Virus record (IMG/VR): IMGVR_UViG_3300036944_000989
Coordinates: 1 to 56,772 of that record
DNA length: 56,772 bases
Direction: 5' to 3' (one strand)
Source of the DNA: a virus
Lineage: Duplodnaviria > Caudoviricetes
The number at the start of each line of letters is the position of its first letter. Positions within the stretch are counted from its first letter, which is position 1. The notes under the pieces were generated by a model. It had not been told where the DNA came from. It saw only the letters and a list, made by a program, of their open reading frames with translations, and made no database searches. Shown here in pieces: positions 41,708 through 50,270 of this stretch. The position numbers and the translations under genes were made by a program.

Positions 41708-42151
41708 ATGAAAACGTACTTGATGAGTATTTTCACAGGACTAATTCTATTTTTTGCTCCTATACAAGGATTGGTATTATCAGTAGGAATAGCAATCATG
41801 TTTGACACCTTCACAGGTATCTATAAATCTCTCAAATTACATGGATGGGGATCCATTCGTAGTAGAAAATTATCAAACATAATAAGTAAAATGTTATTGT
41901 ACGAAGGTGCAATTATATTCTTGTATCCTGTAGATAAATTTTTACTAAATGATTTGTTTTTAAACGTCGTTTCAGTTCCATTTTTTTCTACTAAACTGGC
42001 ATGTGTTTTATTAGTATTAGTAGAGCTTACGTCAATAAAGGAAAACATAGAAGCAGCACTTAATATAAACATTTGGAAAGTTTTAAAAAACCTAATTAAC
42101 AGAGCAAAAGAAATATCACAAGATGTTGATGATATAAAAAATCCTAACTAA
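41708..42151 (+). CDS. Phage holin (holin_4-like)
   Basis: Three hydrophobic segments; DTFTG...S.KL...K; ELTSIKENI signature. Confidence 0.8.
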   Translation: MKTYLMSIFTGLILFFAPIQGLVLSVGIAIMFDTFTGIYKSLKLHGWGSIRSRKLSNIISKMLLYEGAIIFLYPVDKFLLNDLFLNVVSVPFFSTKLACVLLVLVELTSIKENIEAALNINIWKVLKNLINRAKEISQDVDDIKNPN

Positions 42152-42159
42152 TATATACT

Positions 42160-42549
42160 ATGGATAATCTAGAAGGATTTATTCCAAAATTTTTAAAAGG
42201 AGGATGGATTGTTACGTTAATAGGTGCTGCAGGAATGATAGCAAGATTAGCTGTATCTGAAGAACAGAATGCTATGAATACAATAATCAAGAACATATCT
42301 GCTGCAATGATTGCATCTAGTATTTCTTGGTTTATATTAGAACAATTTGAAATTAATTCAATGATTAAGGCAGTCACATATGGACTTGTTGGATTAAATT
42401 CACCTGAAATATTAAAAGGAATAACAAAAATATCAACTAGTTTTTCTGATGATCCTGCAAAGTTTATATCTAATGCAAAAAAAGGAAAAATTACACCAAC
42501 AAAAAAAGTAGTTAAAAAGAAACCAGTACAAAGAAAAACCACCAAGTAA
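42160..42549 (+). CDS. Membrane protein (3 TM, K-rich tail), holin-like
   Basis: Three hydrophobic segments and a KKVVKKKPVQRKTTK tail; stop/start overlap with the next gene. Confidence 0.6.
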   Translation: MDNLEGFIPKFLKGGWIVTLIGAAGMIARLAVSEEQNAMNTIIKNISAAMIASSISWFILEQFEINSMIKAVTYGLVGLNSPEILKGITKISTSFSDDPAKFISNAKKGKITPTKKVVKKKPVQRKTTK

Positions 42550-43250
42550 TGAACAAAAATGTTTCATTAATAATATTAACAAGTATAATGCTATCTGTTG
42601 CAATCTATGGTAAATGGATTGAAAAGAAAATAGCAGAAAATGCAAGAGCTATTGTTGAAGATAGATTAAAACCTCAACCATGGTTATCAAAAGCTTTTGA
42701 TTATTATGGTACACCAATAGAAGCAAACTTTGTAAATAAAGAATTTTCAGTTGACAAGTTAAAAGAAAATATTGATTATATAAAAGATTGGCGTAAATCA
42801 AGAGATAGTGTTTGGTCTGCATATCTTGCTACCGAAATGGTACCAGAAGAACAAAAACTTATTGATAAAATAAATGAAGATACAAAAGATGTTGACGCTA
42901 TTATTGATGATATTATACAAGATGTTGAAAATGATAAAAACTCGGAAGAAGTAACTTCAATTATTAAATCAGGTGTTATAGAAAAAAAGATAACACCAAT
43001 TATGGACAATATAAATTTACTAATTAACTTACAATCTAGTGAAGGAGAAAAACTAGCAAATGAAACAAAAGTTATAATGTATACTTTCTCAAATTTTATG
43101 ATAGGAGTATTATCATTATCTTTTATCCTATTAGGTACACTAGTATATGATTTTATAAAAACAAAAAGAGAAGCAACTAAACCTGTAAGAAAAACAAGAA
43201 AACCAGCAACAAAAAAACCAGTTAAACGTACAACAACTAAAAAGAAATAG
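42549..43250 (+). CDS. Two-TM protein with a periplasmic 4-helix-bundle chemoreceptor-type sensor domain and no output domain
   Basis: TM1, then IVEDRLKP ... WSAYLATEMVPEEQKL ... I..LINLQ, then TM2 and a K-rich tail. The pattern resembles 4HB_MCP_1. Confidence 0.65.
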   Translation: MNKNVSLIILTSIMLSVAIYGKWIEKKIAENARAIVEDRLKPQPWLSKAFDYYGTPIEANFVNKEFSVDKLKENIDYIKDWRKSRDSVWSAYLATEMVPEEQKLIDKINEDTKDVDAIIDDIIQDVENDKNSEEVTSIIKSGVIEKKITPIMDNINLLINLQSSEGEKLANETKVIMYTFSNFMIGVLSLSFILLGTLVYDFIKTKREATKPVRKTRKPATKKPVKRTTTKKK

Positions 43251-43252
43251 TT

Positions 43253-43510
43253 ATGGGATTTTTTAGAGAATTAGTAAGTGATAATAATTCAATAGATGAG
43301 AAAGCATTTGTTGGAGTTATTTCATTTTTTGCAATGGTTTTTACTTTACTTGTAGACGTAATTACAGGTATCTATGGAAAAGAGTTAGTTATTAAACAAT
43401 TTATCTTTGATGGATTTATGACTCTTACAATGATCTGTTTTGGTATTGCTACAGCAGGTAAAGTATTTAGTATGAACAAACAAAAAAAAGAACAAGATGC
43501 AACTGAGTAA
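43253..43510 (+). CDS. Small 2-TM holin-like protein
   Basis: Two TM segments; overlaps the endolysin start. Confidence 0.6.
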   Translation: MGFFRELVSDNNSIDEKAFVGVISFFAMVFTLLVDVITGIYGKELVIKQFIFDGFMTLTMICFGIATAGKVFSMNKQKKEQDATE

Positions 43511-43964
43511 ACATTTATCATTAGCTGAAGTTACAAGAAGTGATTCAGCAAAAAGAAATGGAATAAGCAATGAGCCTACTCCAGCACACTTAGAAAACTT
43601 TAAGTTACTAGCTGAAAAAGTATTTGAACCTATTAGAGAACACTTCAAAGTTCCTATTCATATATCTAGTGGATATAGAAGTGCTGCTTTAAACAAGAAG
43701 ATAGGTGGATCACTTACATCACAACATTGTTCTGGTGAAGCAATTGATATCGACATGGATGGTAGTGCAAGTGGTGTTACCAATAAGCAAGTTTTTGATT
43801 TCATTAAGCAACATTTAAACTTTGATCAGCTCATTTGGGAATTTGGTACAGATTCCAACCCTGACTGGGTTCACGTATCATACGAATCAACTGGTAAACA
43901 ACGTAAGCAAGTTTTGAAAGCAATTAAACAAGGTGGAAAAACAAGTTATGTACCATATAAGTAA
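43497..43964 (+). CDS. Endolysin, peptidase M15 (Zn) family
   Basis: ISSGYRS..LN..IGGS.TSQH..GEAIDID ... FDQLIWEF ... WVHVSY. Confidence 0.9.
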   Translation: MQLSKHLSLAEVTRSDSAKRNGISNEPTPAHLENFKLLAEKVFEPIREHFKVPIHISSGYRSAALNKKIGGSLTSQHCSGEAIDIDMDGSASGVTNKQVFDFIKQHLNFDQLIWEFGTDSNPDWVHVSYESTGKQRKQVLKAIKQGGKTSYVPYK

Positions 43965-44283
43965 GTTCATAAAACAACAATGGTTAGGAACCATCTTAAT
44001 TGTATTATTTATTCTGTTCTTGGTTTATGGAATAGGAAAGAATAGTGACTTACAAAAAGAAAAACAACGTCTTGAAAAAGAGATTGAAGTGCTTGAGCAA
44101 AAAGAAGAACTACACTGGAATAAACTAGATAGTTTAAAAGTTAGCGAAAACACTATAATCAAAAAGGAAAAAATATTAATACAGATACAACATGACACAA
44201 TTAAGATTATTGATACTATGTCTGTTAGTGAGCTTCAAAAGTATTTCACAAACAGATACAATAAAAAAGATAGTATTAGATGA
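43948..44283 (+). CDS. Putative inner-membrane spanin
   Basis: N-terminal TM followed by a coiled coil, directly after the endolysin; ATG at 43948 is the more likely start. Confidence 0.6.
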   Translation: MYHISKFIKQQWLGTILIVLFILFLVYGIGKNSDLQKEKQRLEKEIEVLEQKEELHWNKLDSLKVSENTIIKKEKILIQIQHDTIKIIDTMSVSELQKYFTNRYNKKDSIR

Positions 44284-44659
44284 AAGAGTTGGTAGAGAAG
44301 TTGTCAAAGACCTTGTAAGAGGTGATGTTTGTAGACAACTTTTAAGTCTTGCTCAAGAAAAAAACGAGATACTTAAAAAACAAAACATTGAGTTATACTC
44401 AATAATAGCAATTAAAGACAGCATCATCTCTAAAAAAGATGATATAATTACTACACAAGACAAAGCATTAGGATGGTGGAAAAAACCTGAACTTCATGGA
44501 TACTTAGGAGTTCAGACTATAAACGCTAGTATAGTTAATCCTTGTCTATATGGAACTCTGTTAGTTCAGTTTCCTAAATTTAGTGTAGGTGGTCAGTATT
44601 TTGTACAACCAAACAATCCATCAGGATACGGATTCATTGTTGAATATAACTTATTTTAA
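44192..44659 (+). CDS. Putative outer-membrane spanin partner (signal peptide, coiled coil, C-terminal beta-strands)
   Basis: Overlaps the i-spanin 3' end in another frame; ends GYGFIVEYNLF. Confidence 0.55.
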   Translation: MTQLRLLILCLLVSFKSISQTDTIKKIVLDERVGREVVKDLVRGDVCRQLLSLAQEKNEILKKQNIELYSIIAIKDSIISKKDDIITTQDKALGWWKKPELHGYLGVQTINASIVNPCLYGTLLVQFPKFSVGGQYFVQPNNPSGYGFIVEYNLF

Positions 44660-44670
44660 AATATAATAAA

Positions 44671-45357
44671 ATGATAAATTTTGGAGTTCCCCCAAGTTAT
44701 TTTGATCAGTTGCTTATCAACTTTAGATCATGGTTAGTTAGAAACTACCAAGCATTACTTATAAGTGGTACTAATATTAAAACCATAAATGGTAATTCTG
44801 TATTAGGTTCAGGTGATTTAACTGTATCAGGTGCAGGTTTTACACTTATAGATAATACATCAATAGGTACTAATATAACAGGCACTACTAGTCAAACTGT
44901 ATTACATAGTAGAAGATTAGCTCCTGGTACAAATGGTAATAACTTTTTTAAAGGTGCTATTGAAGGTATATTAAGTATACAATTACATATAAAAATGTCT
45001 GTTGCAGCAGGTGTAGACAGTAATGTATATAAAATTTATTTTAATAGAGTCGCTAATTTAACAGGAACACCTACTCTACTTGCAACAACTCCTCCAGTAG
45101 GTTCAGATGGTAGTGAATTTTATTGTATTAAAAGAACATTAACTAGTACAACAACCCAAATAAATTTATTTGATCCATCAGGAGAAAGTTTAAATGATGA
45201 ATTTGATCCTGCTTTTTTATCAAGTCCTACTATTTCTTCAAGTGTTTCAACAGATTCTGCTCATTCTAGTGATTTTTTCATAATAGTAACTGTAACTCCT
45301 TCAAATATTGCTAATAACGCAGTTTTAAGATCTTCAAGAATTATATTATATGCATAA
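44671..45357 (+). CDS. Fibre-like structural protein
   Basis: LISGTNIKTINGNSVLGSGDL fibre motif followed by a beta-rich domain. Confidence 0.55.
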   Translation: MINFGVPPSYFDQLLINFRSWLVRNYQALLISGTNIKTINGNSVLGSGDLTVSGAGFTLIDNTSIGTNITGTTSQTVLHSRRLAPGTNGNNFFKGAIEGILSIQLHIKMSVAAGVDSNVYKIYFNRVANLTGTPTLLATTPPVGSDGSEFYCIKRTLTSTTTQINLFDPSGESLNDEFDPAFLSSPTISSSVSTDSAHSSDFFIIVTVTPSNIANNAVLRSSRIILYA

Positions 45358-45404
45358 TAAAACAACTGTTCTTTATGGTTAGTTGATTTCTTCTCTCTTC
45401 TGTT

Positions 45405-45432
45405 GAAAGACCCCCATTCCTGGGGGTTTTTC
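45405..45432. terminator. Intrinsic terminator at the convergence of the structural and replication blocks
   Basis: ACCCCCA-ttcc-TGGGGGT followed by TTTT. Confidence 0.85.
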
Positions 45433-45434
45433 TA

Positions 45435-46286
45435 TTAGAATATATACCTAATGTTTTTAGAATTAAAGTACTTAGCATATAATGCAGTAAATTCAGAAAT
45501 CATCTGTGCTTTTAACTGATATTTATATCTAATGTTATCAGGTGCATATTCTGAGTCTTTAGATTCTTGTATTTCTGGTTTCCAGCATAGAGAATTCACA
45601 ATATCACTAGCATTTTTATATGAGGTGTTATTATAAGTTAGAAAGATGCATTCACAAGCAAGGTTTATACCTAAATAAGCAAGTTTTTGAAATAACATAT
45701 CATACTCTTCAAGCCAACCTTCTTCATATATAATGGGACTAAAGTTAATATGCACTTCCATCTTCTCTTGTAACTTAGGAATCATTGCTATTCTGTCATC
45801 AATACTATCAGTATTTGGTTCTAAAATATCTGCATACTTCTGAGGCATAAGACTTACCCTTATTCTATGTTTGTCATGTGTCAAGTTATACTTGTCTATT
45901 GGAAATCTAGTAGGATATTTTGTAGCAAAAGTTGATTTTAATTTAGGATGAGTATTGAAAAAATCAAATACTTGCTGCCAGTCATAATATTTACTATGTA
46001 ATGGTACATCTGTACTACAACCTATATCAATACAATAATATTTTTCATCAACCTGATTAGGTGTTTTAGGCATAAGTTTTGATTCTGACCATTTGTCAAT
46101 AGACTTTAGTATATCTTGAATGTTCTCATTAACATACACCTTGTCATTATTAAATCTTCCTACATAACAATATGATTTCATACAACCACCTAAACATCCA
46201 TAAATAAAATTGGGAGAAATAGCATCACTACTCCTCCCATTATTTCTGGTAACTAAAGTTTTTGTTTTTTGTTTTATAATCTTCAT
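45435..46286 (-). CDS. Spore photoproduct lyase-like radical SAM protein
   Basis: N.RSSD.ISPNF.YGCLGGCMKSYCYV, DIGCSTD, STFATKY, RIRVSLMPQ, EVHINFSPII and NIRYK motifs. Confidence 0.8.
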   Translation of the reverse strand: MKIIKQKTKTLVTRNNGRSSDAISPNFIYGCLGGCMKSYCYVGRFNNDKVYVNENIQDILKSIDKWSESKLMPKTPNQVDEKYYCIDIGCSTDVPLHSKYYDWQQVFDFFNTHPKLKSTFATKYPTRFPIDKYNLTHDKHRIRVSLMPQKYADILEPNTDSIDDRIAMIPKLQEKMEVHINFSPIIYEEGWLEEYDMLFQKLAYLGINLACECIFLTYNNTSYKNASDIVNSLCWKPEIQESKDSEYAPDNIRYKYQLKAQMISEFTALYAKYFNSKNIRYIF

Positions 46287-46528
46287 AGTATTAAAGCACT
46301 GACTATTAATCCAATTAAACTACCTACGCCTGCACCAAATGCATAAAACATTCTGTCTTTAAAACTTCCAAATGCAATCTTTTTTACATTCCAACTCCAT
46401 ACAATAGAAATAATAAATCCACAAAAGAAAACTCCTCCATAAAACTTTTTACTAATAAAATATGTATTAACTGCTACAAAGAACACTTGTACAAAACCTG
46501 TTATAAATAGTTTGATTCCATCTCTCAT
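46283..46528 (-). CDS. Small membrane protein (3 TM)
   Basis: Hydrophobic 81-aa ORF with ATGA overlaps on both sides. Confidence 0.7.
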   Translation of the reverse strand: MRDGIKLFITGFVQVFFVAVNTYFISKKFYGGVFFCGFIISIVWSWNVKKIAFGSFKDRMFYAFGAGVGSLIGLIVSALIL

Positions 46529-47331
46529 ATAATGTTTTCTTTAGTTAATATTTCTTTTACCCTATCTACAAGACTATCCATAGATCTAACATTTACTATC
46601 TCATAGTCAAATTTAGCATCATCTAAACTTGTTTCTGATGGATGCGGTTCATCTGAATGAATTTTAACCTCGTTGTAAAAAACATCAGCTTCAAAAACAT
46701 TATTATGAATACAACAAAAACCTTCATATGCTTCTGTTATTTCATACACACCTGATTTAACACCTTCAGGATCTGTCCAGTATACTCTATCACCAACTTT
46801 GTATCTTACTACTCTAATAGTAATACCTTTTCTTTCTACAACAGCTTCCATCTCATTAGGAAATCTCATATCTGTAATAATCCAGTTAGGATTATTTAAT
46901 AGTCCATGATGTTTATCTTCAAGTAAACTACCAAGATGTTTGTATGGTGCATCTTGTGGTTTATAATCAGCAAACAAAGCATTTACCCATACATTTTCAT
47001 GTAATCCATTACGCATTGCTTCTGTGCCAAGTTTTTGGAGAAACTCTCTGTATGTCATTCCCCATTCAAGACTCATGTTAAGTTTTTTAAACTCTTGATC
47101 TTCAAAACTATATGCAGGAATACCAGTAAGAAGAGAAGCTGTTTCTTTTAATTTCCCTGCAAACTTTTTGATTTCCCACCTTGTTTGTTCTTCTAACCAC
47201 CATTCATGTTCAGGATTTGTTACAGCTTCAATTGCTGTAATATCACCTACATTAAAACACAGTAAATACTGTATAATTTTGCCAACAGTATCTTTACCGC
47301 TGCCAATTTTACCATTAATACCTATAATCAT
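46525..47331 (-). CDS. Deoxynucleoside monophosphate kinase (T4 gp1-like)
   Basis: IIGINGKIGSGKDT, FAGKLK, REFLQKLGTE.MR, ITDMRFPNE and HPSE motifs. Confidence 0.9.
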   Translation of the reverse strand: MIIGINGKIGSGKDTVGKIIQYLLCFNVGDITAIEAVTNPEHEWWLEEQTRWEIKKFAGKLKETASLLTGIPAYSFEDQEFKKLNMSLEWGMTYREFLQKLGTEAMRNGLHENVWVNALFADYKPQDAPYKHLGSLLEDKHHGLLNNPNWIITDMRFPNEMEAVVERKGITIRVVRYKVGDRVYWTDPEGVKSGVYEITEAYEGFCCIHNNVFEADVFYNEVKIHSDEPHPSETSLDDAKFDYEIVNVRSMDSLVDRVKEILTKENII

Positions 47332-47435
47332 TTTATTGGTTTGTTTTTAGTGTTACACGTTTTACATTTAAGTGTTTGAGGATCAAAGTTTTTTTGAGTC
47401 TTACACTTATCACAATACTTATATAAAGATATCAT
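47328..47435 (-). CDS. 35-aa zinc-ribbon microprotein, absent from the ORF track
   Basis: Hand translation: MISLYKYCDKCKTQKNFDPQTLKCKTCNTKNKPIK; two CxxC motifs; ATGA overlaps at both ends. Confidence 0.6.
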   Translation of the reverse strand: MISLYKYCDKCKTQKNFDPQTLKCKTCNTKNKPIK

Positions 47436-47584
47436 AACATTATTCTAGAATTTAAACATTCTTTGCTGATGTCAATACATTTGTATCGTCTGAGGTATCT
47501 TCTAAGTACCTCTGCTTTGTCAAGTTTTGAATTGCTAAATCTAATTTTGATTTGAGCATAAATTACTTTTATGTAGTCTTTCAT
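47432..47584 (-). CDS. 50-aa basic hypothetical protein, absent from the ORF track
   Basis: Hand translation: MKDYIKVIYAQIKIRFSNSKLDKAEVLRRYLRRYKCIDISKECLNSRIML; coupled to the next ORF. Confidence 0.55.
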   Translation of the reverse strand: MKDYIKVIYAQIKIRFSNSKLDKAEVLRRYLRRYKCIDISKECLNSRIML

Positions 47585-47594
47585 GATAATGTAA

Positions 47595-47622
47595 TTAAAA
47601 GGGAGCTGTTACACTCCCTTAA
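47595..47622 (-). terminator. Intrinsic terminator after PolB
   Basis: Minus strand AAGGGAG-tgtaacag-CTCCCTT-TT. Confidence 0.7.
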
Positions 47623-49602
47623 TTAAAATAACTCTAGTTGTTGTCCATAACTTCCATCTGATGGAAGTACAGTAGATAATCTTTCTATTTTGTGTATCTC
47701 TTCATATATCTTATCAAGATAATATGAATCTTCTACACCATACTCATCCCATGGTTTTTCTTCATATCTATTAAATATAGTCTGAAGATGTTTACCACTT
47801 TCTAGTTGTATCTCACGACCATCAGGATTACATTTAATTAGTTTTACACCTACATTAGAAATATAGTATCTAACAAGTTTCTGCAATCTTTCAGATTCAT
47901 ACTCCCCATTTACTACACCTCTTTTTTCAAAAAACCAATCTCCTTTTAATTTTGCACCAGCACAATAATCAAAAATATCTCTATTTGCTTTTATAAAATC
48001 TTTTGGATCTATATTATCAATAAAGTATGCATACAATGCTTTGGGTATTATCAAAAAGGATTTGTTTTTATGATAGGGTAATTCTTTAAATTCAAATCTA
48101 CCTTTACATTTTACTTCACCGTTATCATATACAGCAATATAATTATTGACATCGCCAATAATCATCTTATCATATTTTACAGTTTCCAATTGTAAATTGG
48201 TCATAAGTTCCCACTCTTTACAAATATCAAAGAATAACTCTTCGTAATGATCATCAATTAAAAACTCAAGACCATCTGTATTTTGCATAAGAGGTTGTGA
48301 ACCAGGGATTCTTGCAGCAATCATCTCATATAACATTGATAATTGCAATTGTCCATTAACAGTAATTCTAAATGTCAACTCAGGATCATATAGAAAAGAG
48401 TTTCTTTCTTTACTTAAACCATAAGTTGAATTCAGGATAATTTTAAATAAATAATTTAATGGATTCTTTTTGTCATACTTTTTTCTCTCTTCAAAAAACC
48501 ACTCGTACAATTCACAAAAATCCTTCTTAGGAAATTGTGCTGGTCCCCATTGATTTCTAATAGCAAGATTAGGATAAAAAGATGTAACGTCAGCAGATAA
48601 TATAATCTTACCATTGCCTGATTTATATATACCAGATTTTATACATCCATGTAAACCACCTAAACCAAAATCAGTTTTTACACCTTTGTACATCATTGTA
48701 TACTTAGGTCCTTTGATTTTGTCATCTGTATTATCATACAATTTAGTATCTACTACTAAATTTTTAAACCAGTTATGTACACCTTTAAACTCAGGAGTAT
48801 TAAATTCTACCATAGGAAGAATAATATCTCTGATGTTTACAAAGTTTCTATATGTACGCATGTCTCTTATTTCCTTCTTACTCTTACCTAATTTGTTAGA
48901 TAAGAAGAAAAGAAATATTTCTTTGCTTATACGTGGTTCACTTGCAGAATATAAAGATACACCATAGGTTTTACTTAGTTCAGCTCTCAAGTTGATCTGA
49001 GCAGCCATAACTCTTTCACCTTTACTGTTACGCTGTAAGAATATCTGCTTGGTAGACTTTACGTCATTTATACAATAATTAACAACAGACTCTAACTGTT
49101 TGTTTGTTAAAACAGGTTCTGTGTGGTGATGAGGCATCTCTTCAACATTATACCAGTCCATAGAGAACTGTATCCATTTTAAAGAACTTCTCTTTGCTGC
49201 ATTATCCCAGTGATTCAATTTAAAAATGTCAATGCATTTAATAGATAGTTTAAACTCTGGATAATCCAACCACTCACCTTTAATACTTTTGTTAATTACA
49301 GAACTAGCATATTGTGCAATAGACGCAGATATTTCATCTGCATCTAAAACAACCAAATCATGTCTGAACTCAAGTATAAACTCTGTTATCTGAGCATCAA
49401 ATGCTAAATTATTATAACCTAAATGCCAATCATTATGTTTTATGTTATCATTAAAAAAGTTTAATAATTTTAGTATATCATTTCTTTCTCTATTAATAAC
49501 AAAAACACGGGTTTCATCAGAATCGTATGCTCTAAAGACAGCAATAAAACAATTGACAATTGTTTCGTAGTCGTAAATCCAATATGTTCTTTTTCTAGTC
49601 AT
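47623..49602 (-). CDS. polB: Family B DNA polymerase (crAss-like)
   Basis: Exonuclease motifs DYET, GYNN..FD and YCINDV; polymerase motifs SADVTSFYP, KIILNSTYG, NTDG and KGRF. Confidence 0.92.
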   Translation of the reverse strand: MTRKRTYWIYDYETIVNCFIAVFRAYDSDETRVFVINRERNDILKLLNFFNDNIKHNDWHLGYNNLAFDAQITEFILEFRHDLVVLDADEISASIAQYASSVINKSIKGEWLDYPEFKLSIKCIDIFKLNHWDNAAKRSSLKWIQFSMDWYNVEEMPHHHTEPVLTNKQLESVVNYCINDVKSTKQIFLQRNSKGERVMAAQINLRAELSKTYGVSLYSASEPRISKEIFLFFLSNKLGKSKKEIRDMRTYRNFVNIRDIILPMVEFNTPEFKGVHNWFKNLVVDTKLYDNTDDKIKGPKYTMMYKGVKTDFGLGGLHGCIKSGIYKSGNGKIILSADVTSFYPNLAIRNQWGPAQFPKKDFCELYEWFFEERKKYDKKNPLNYLFKIILNSTYGLSKERNSFLYDPELTFRITVNGQLQLSMLYEMIAARIPGSQPLMQNTDGLEFLIDDHYEELFFDICKEWELMTNLQLETVKYDKMIIGDVNNYIAVYDNGEVKCKGRFEFKELPYHKNKSFLIIPKALYAYFIDNIDPKDFIKANRDIFDYCAGAKLKGDWFFEKRGVVNGEYESERLQKLVRYYISNVGVKLIKCNPDGREIQLESGKHLQTIFNRYEEKPWDEYGVEDSYYLDKIYEEIHKIERLSTVLPSDGSYGQQLELF

Positions 49603-50152
49603 ATTTTTTTAAATAATTTATAGCAGAAACTAATATAGATTCTGATTCTTTTAAATATCCAATAGCTCTGTTACAAGCATCACATAATAATCCTCTTACT
49701 ACACCTGTGGAATGATTATGATCAACTGCTAAATTTCTTTTTAAATCATCAGAATGTGTTAAACAAACAGCACATTTATAGTTTTGATTTTTCAATAATT
49801 CAAGATATTTATCATATGTCATATCTAAAATTCCTGCTTTTTTCCATGCAGCTTCACGACTTTTTTTTTGATAATAAGTTAAATTTTTCATTCTAGTTTT
49901 TTTTGCATTTAATCTATACTTTTCAGGATTTAATAGTCTTAATTCCTTTCTTCTCTGACTAATCAGATTTTTACGTTTTTGATAACTGTTGCTTGCATGC
50001 ATTTTAACTTTATTGTTATTATTAATAATCCAATTTGCATGCATTGCATCAGCACAATTTCTACAAGTATATTTTAAACCATCTTTTCTAGATGAATCTT
50101 TAGAAAAATTATCTAAAGTTTTTAACTCTTTACATTTGTTACATTTTTTCAT
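49595..50152 (-). CDS. Endonuclease VII-type HNH homing endonuclease
   Basis: N-terminal CxxC...CxxC; CAVC...LAVDHNHSTGVVRGLLCDACNRAIG. Confidence 0.85.
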   Translation of the reverse strand: MKKCNKCKELKTLDNFSKDSSRKDGLKYTCRNCADAMHANWIINNNNKVKMHASNSYQKRKNLISQRRKELRLLNPEKYRLNAKKTRMKNLTYYQKKSREAAWKKAGILDMTYDKYLELLKNQNYKCAVCLTHSDDLKRNLAVDHNHSTGVVRGLLCDACNRAIGYLKESESILVSAINYLKKYD

Positions 50153-50203
50153 ATTACTTATTGTTTATATAAACAATGTAATAAATAAAAGTGTATTATG
50201 CAA

Positions 50204-50269
50204 CTATAAATTATAAAAAACAATTGTTTCATAATCCATTATCCAAAATTTACGATCTCTTTTTAGCAT
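50204..50269 (-). pseudogene. Orphaned duplicate 5' end of polB
   Basis: Translates to MLKRDRKFWIMDYETIVFYNL*, versus the PolB start MTRKRTYWIYDYETIVNCF. The 11-bp sequence ACAATTGTTTC is identical at 49556-49566 and 50220-50230. Confidence 0.8.
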
Positions 50270-50270
50270 G

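Noticed and set aside
34335-45357. Diversity-generating retroelement or invertible tail cassette
   Set aside because: No reverse transcriptase, recombinase or near-identical nucleotide repeats were seen; the repeats are diverged and visible only at protein level.
49603-50219. Group I intron in polB
   Set aside because: No P, Q, R or S elements were found, there is no room for a ribozyme core outside the HNH ORF, and polB has its own intact start.
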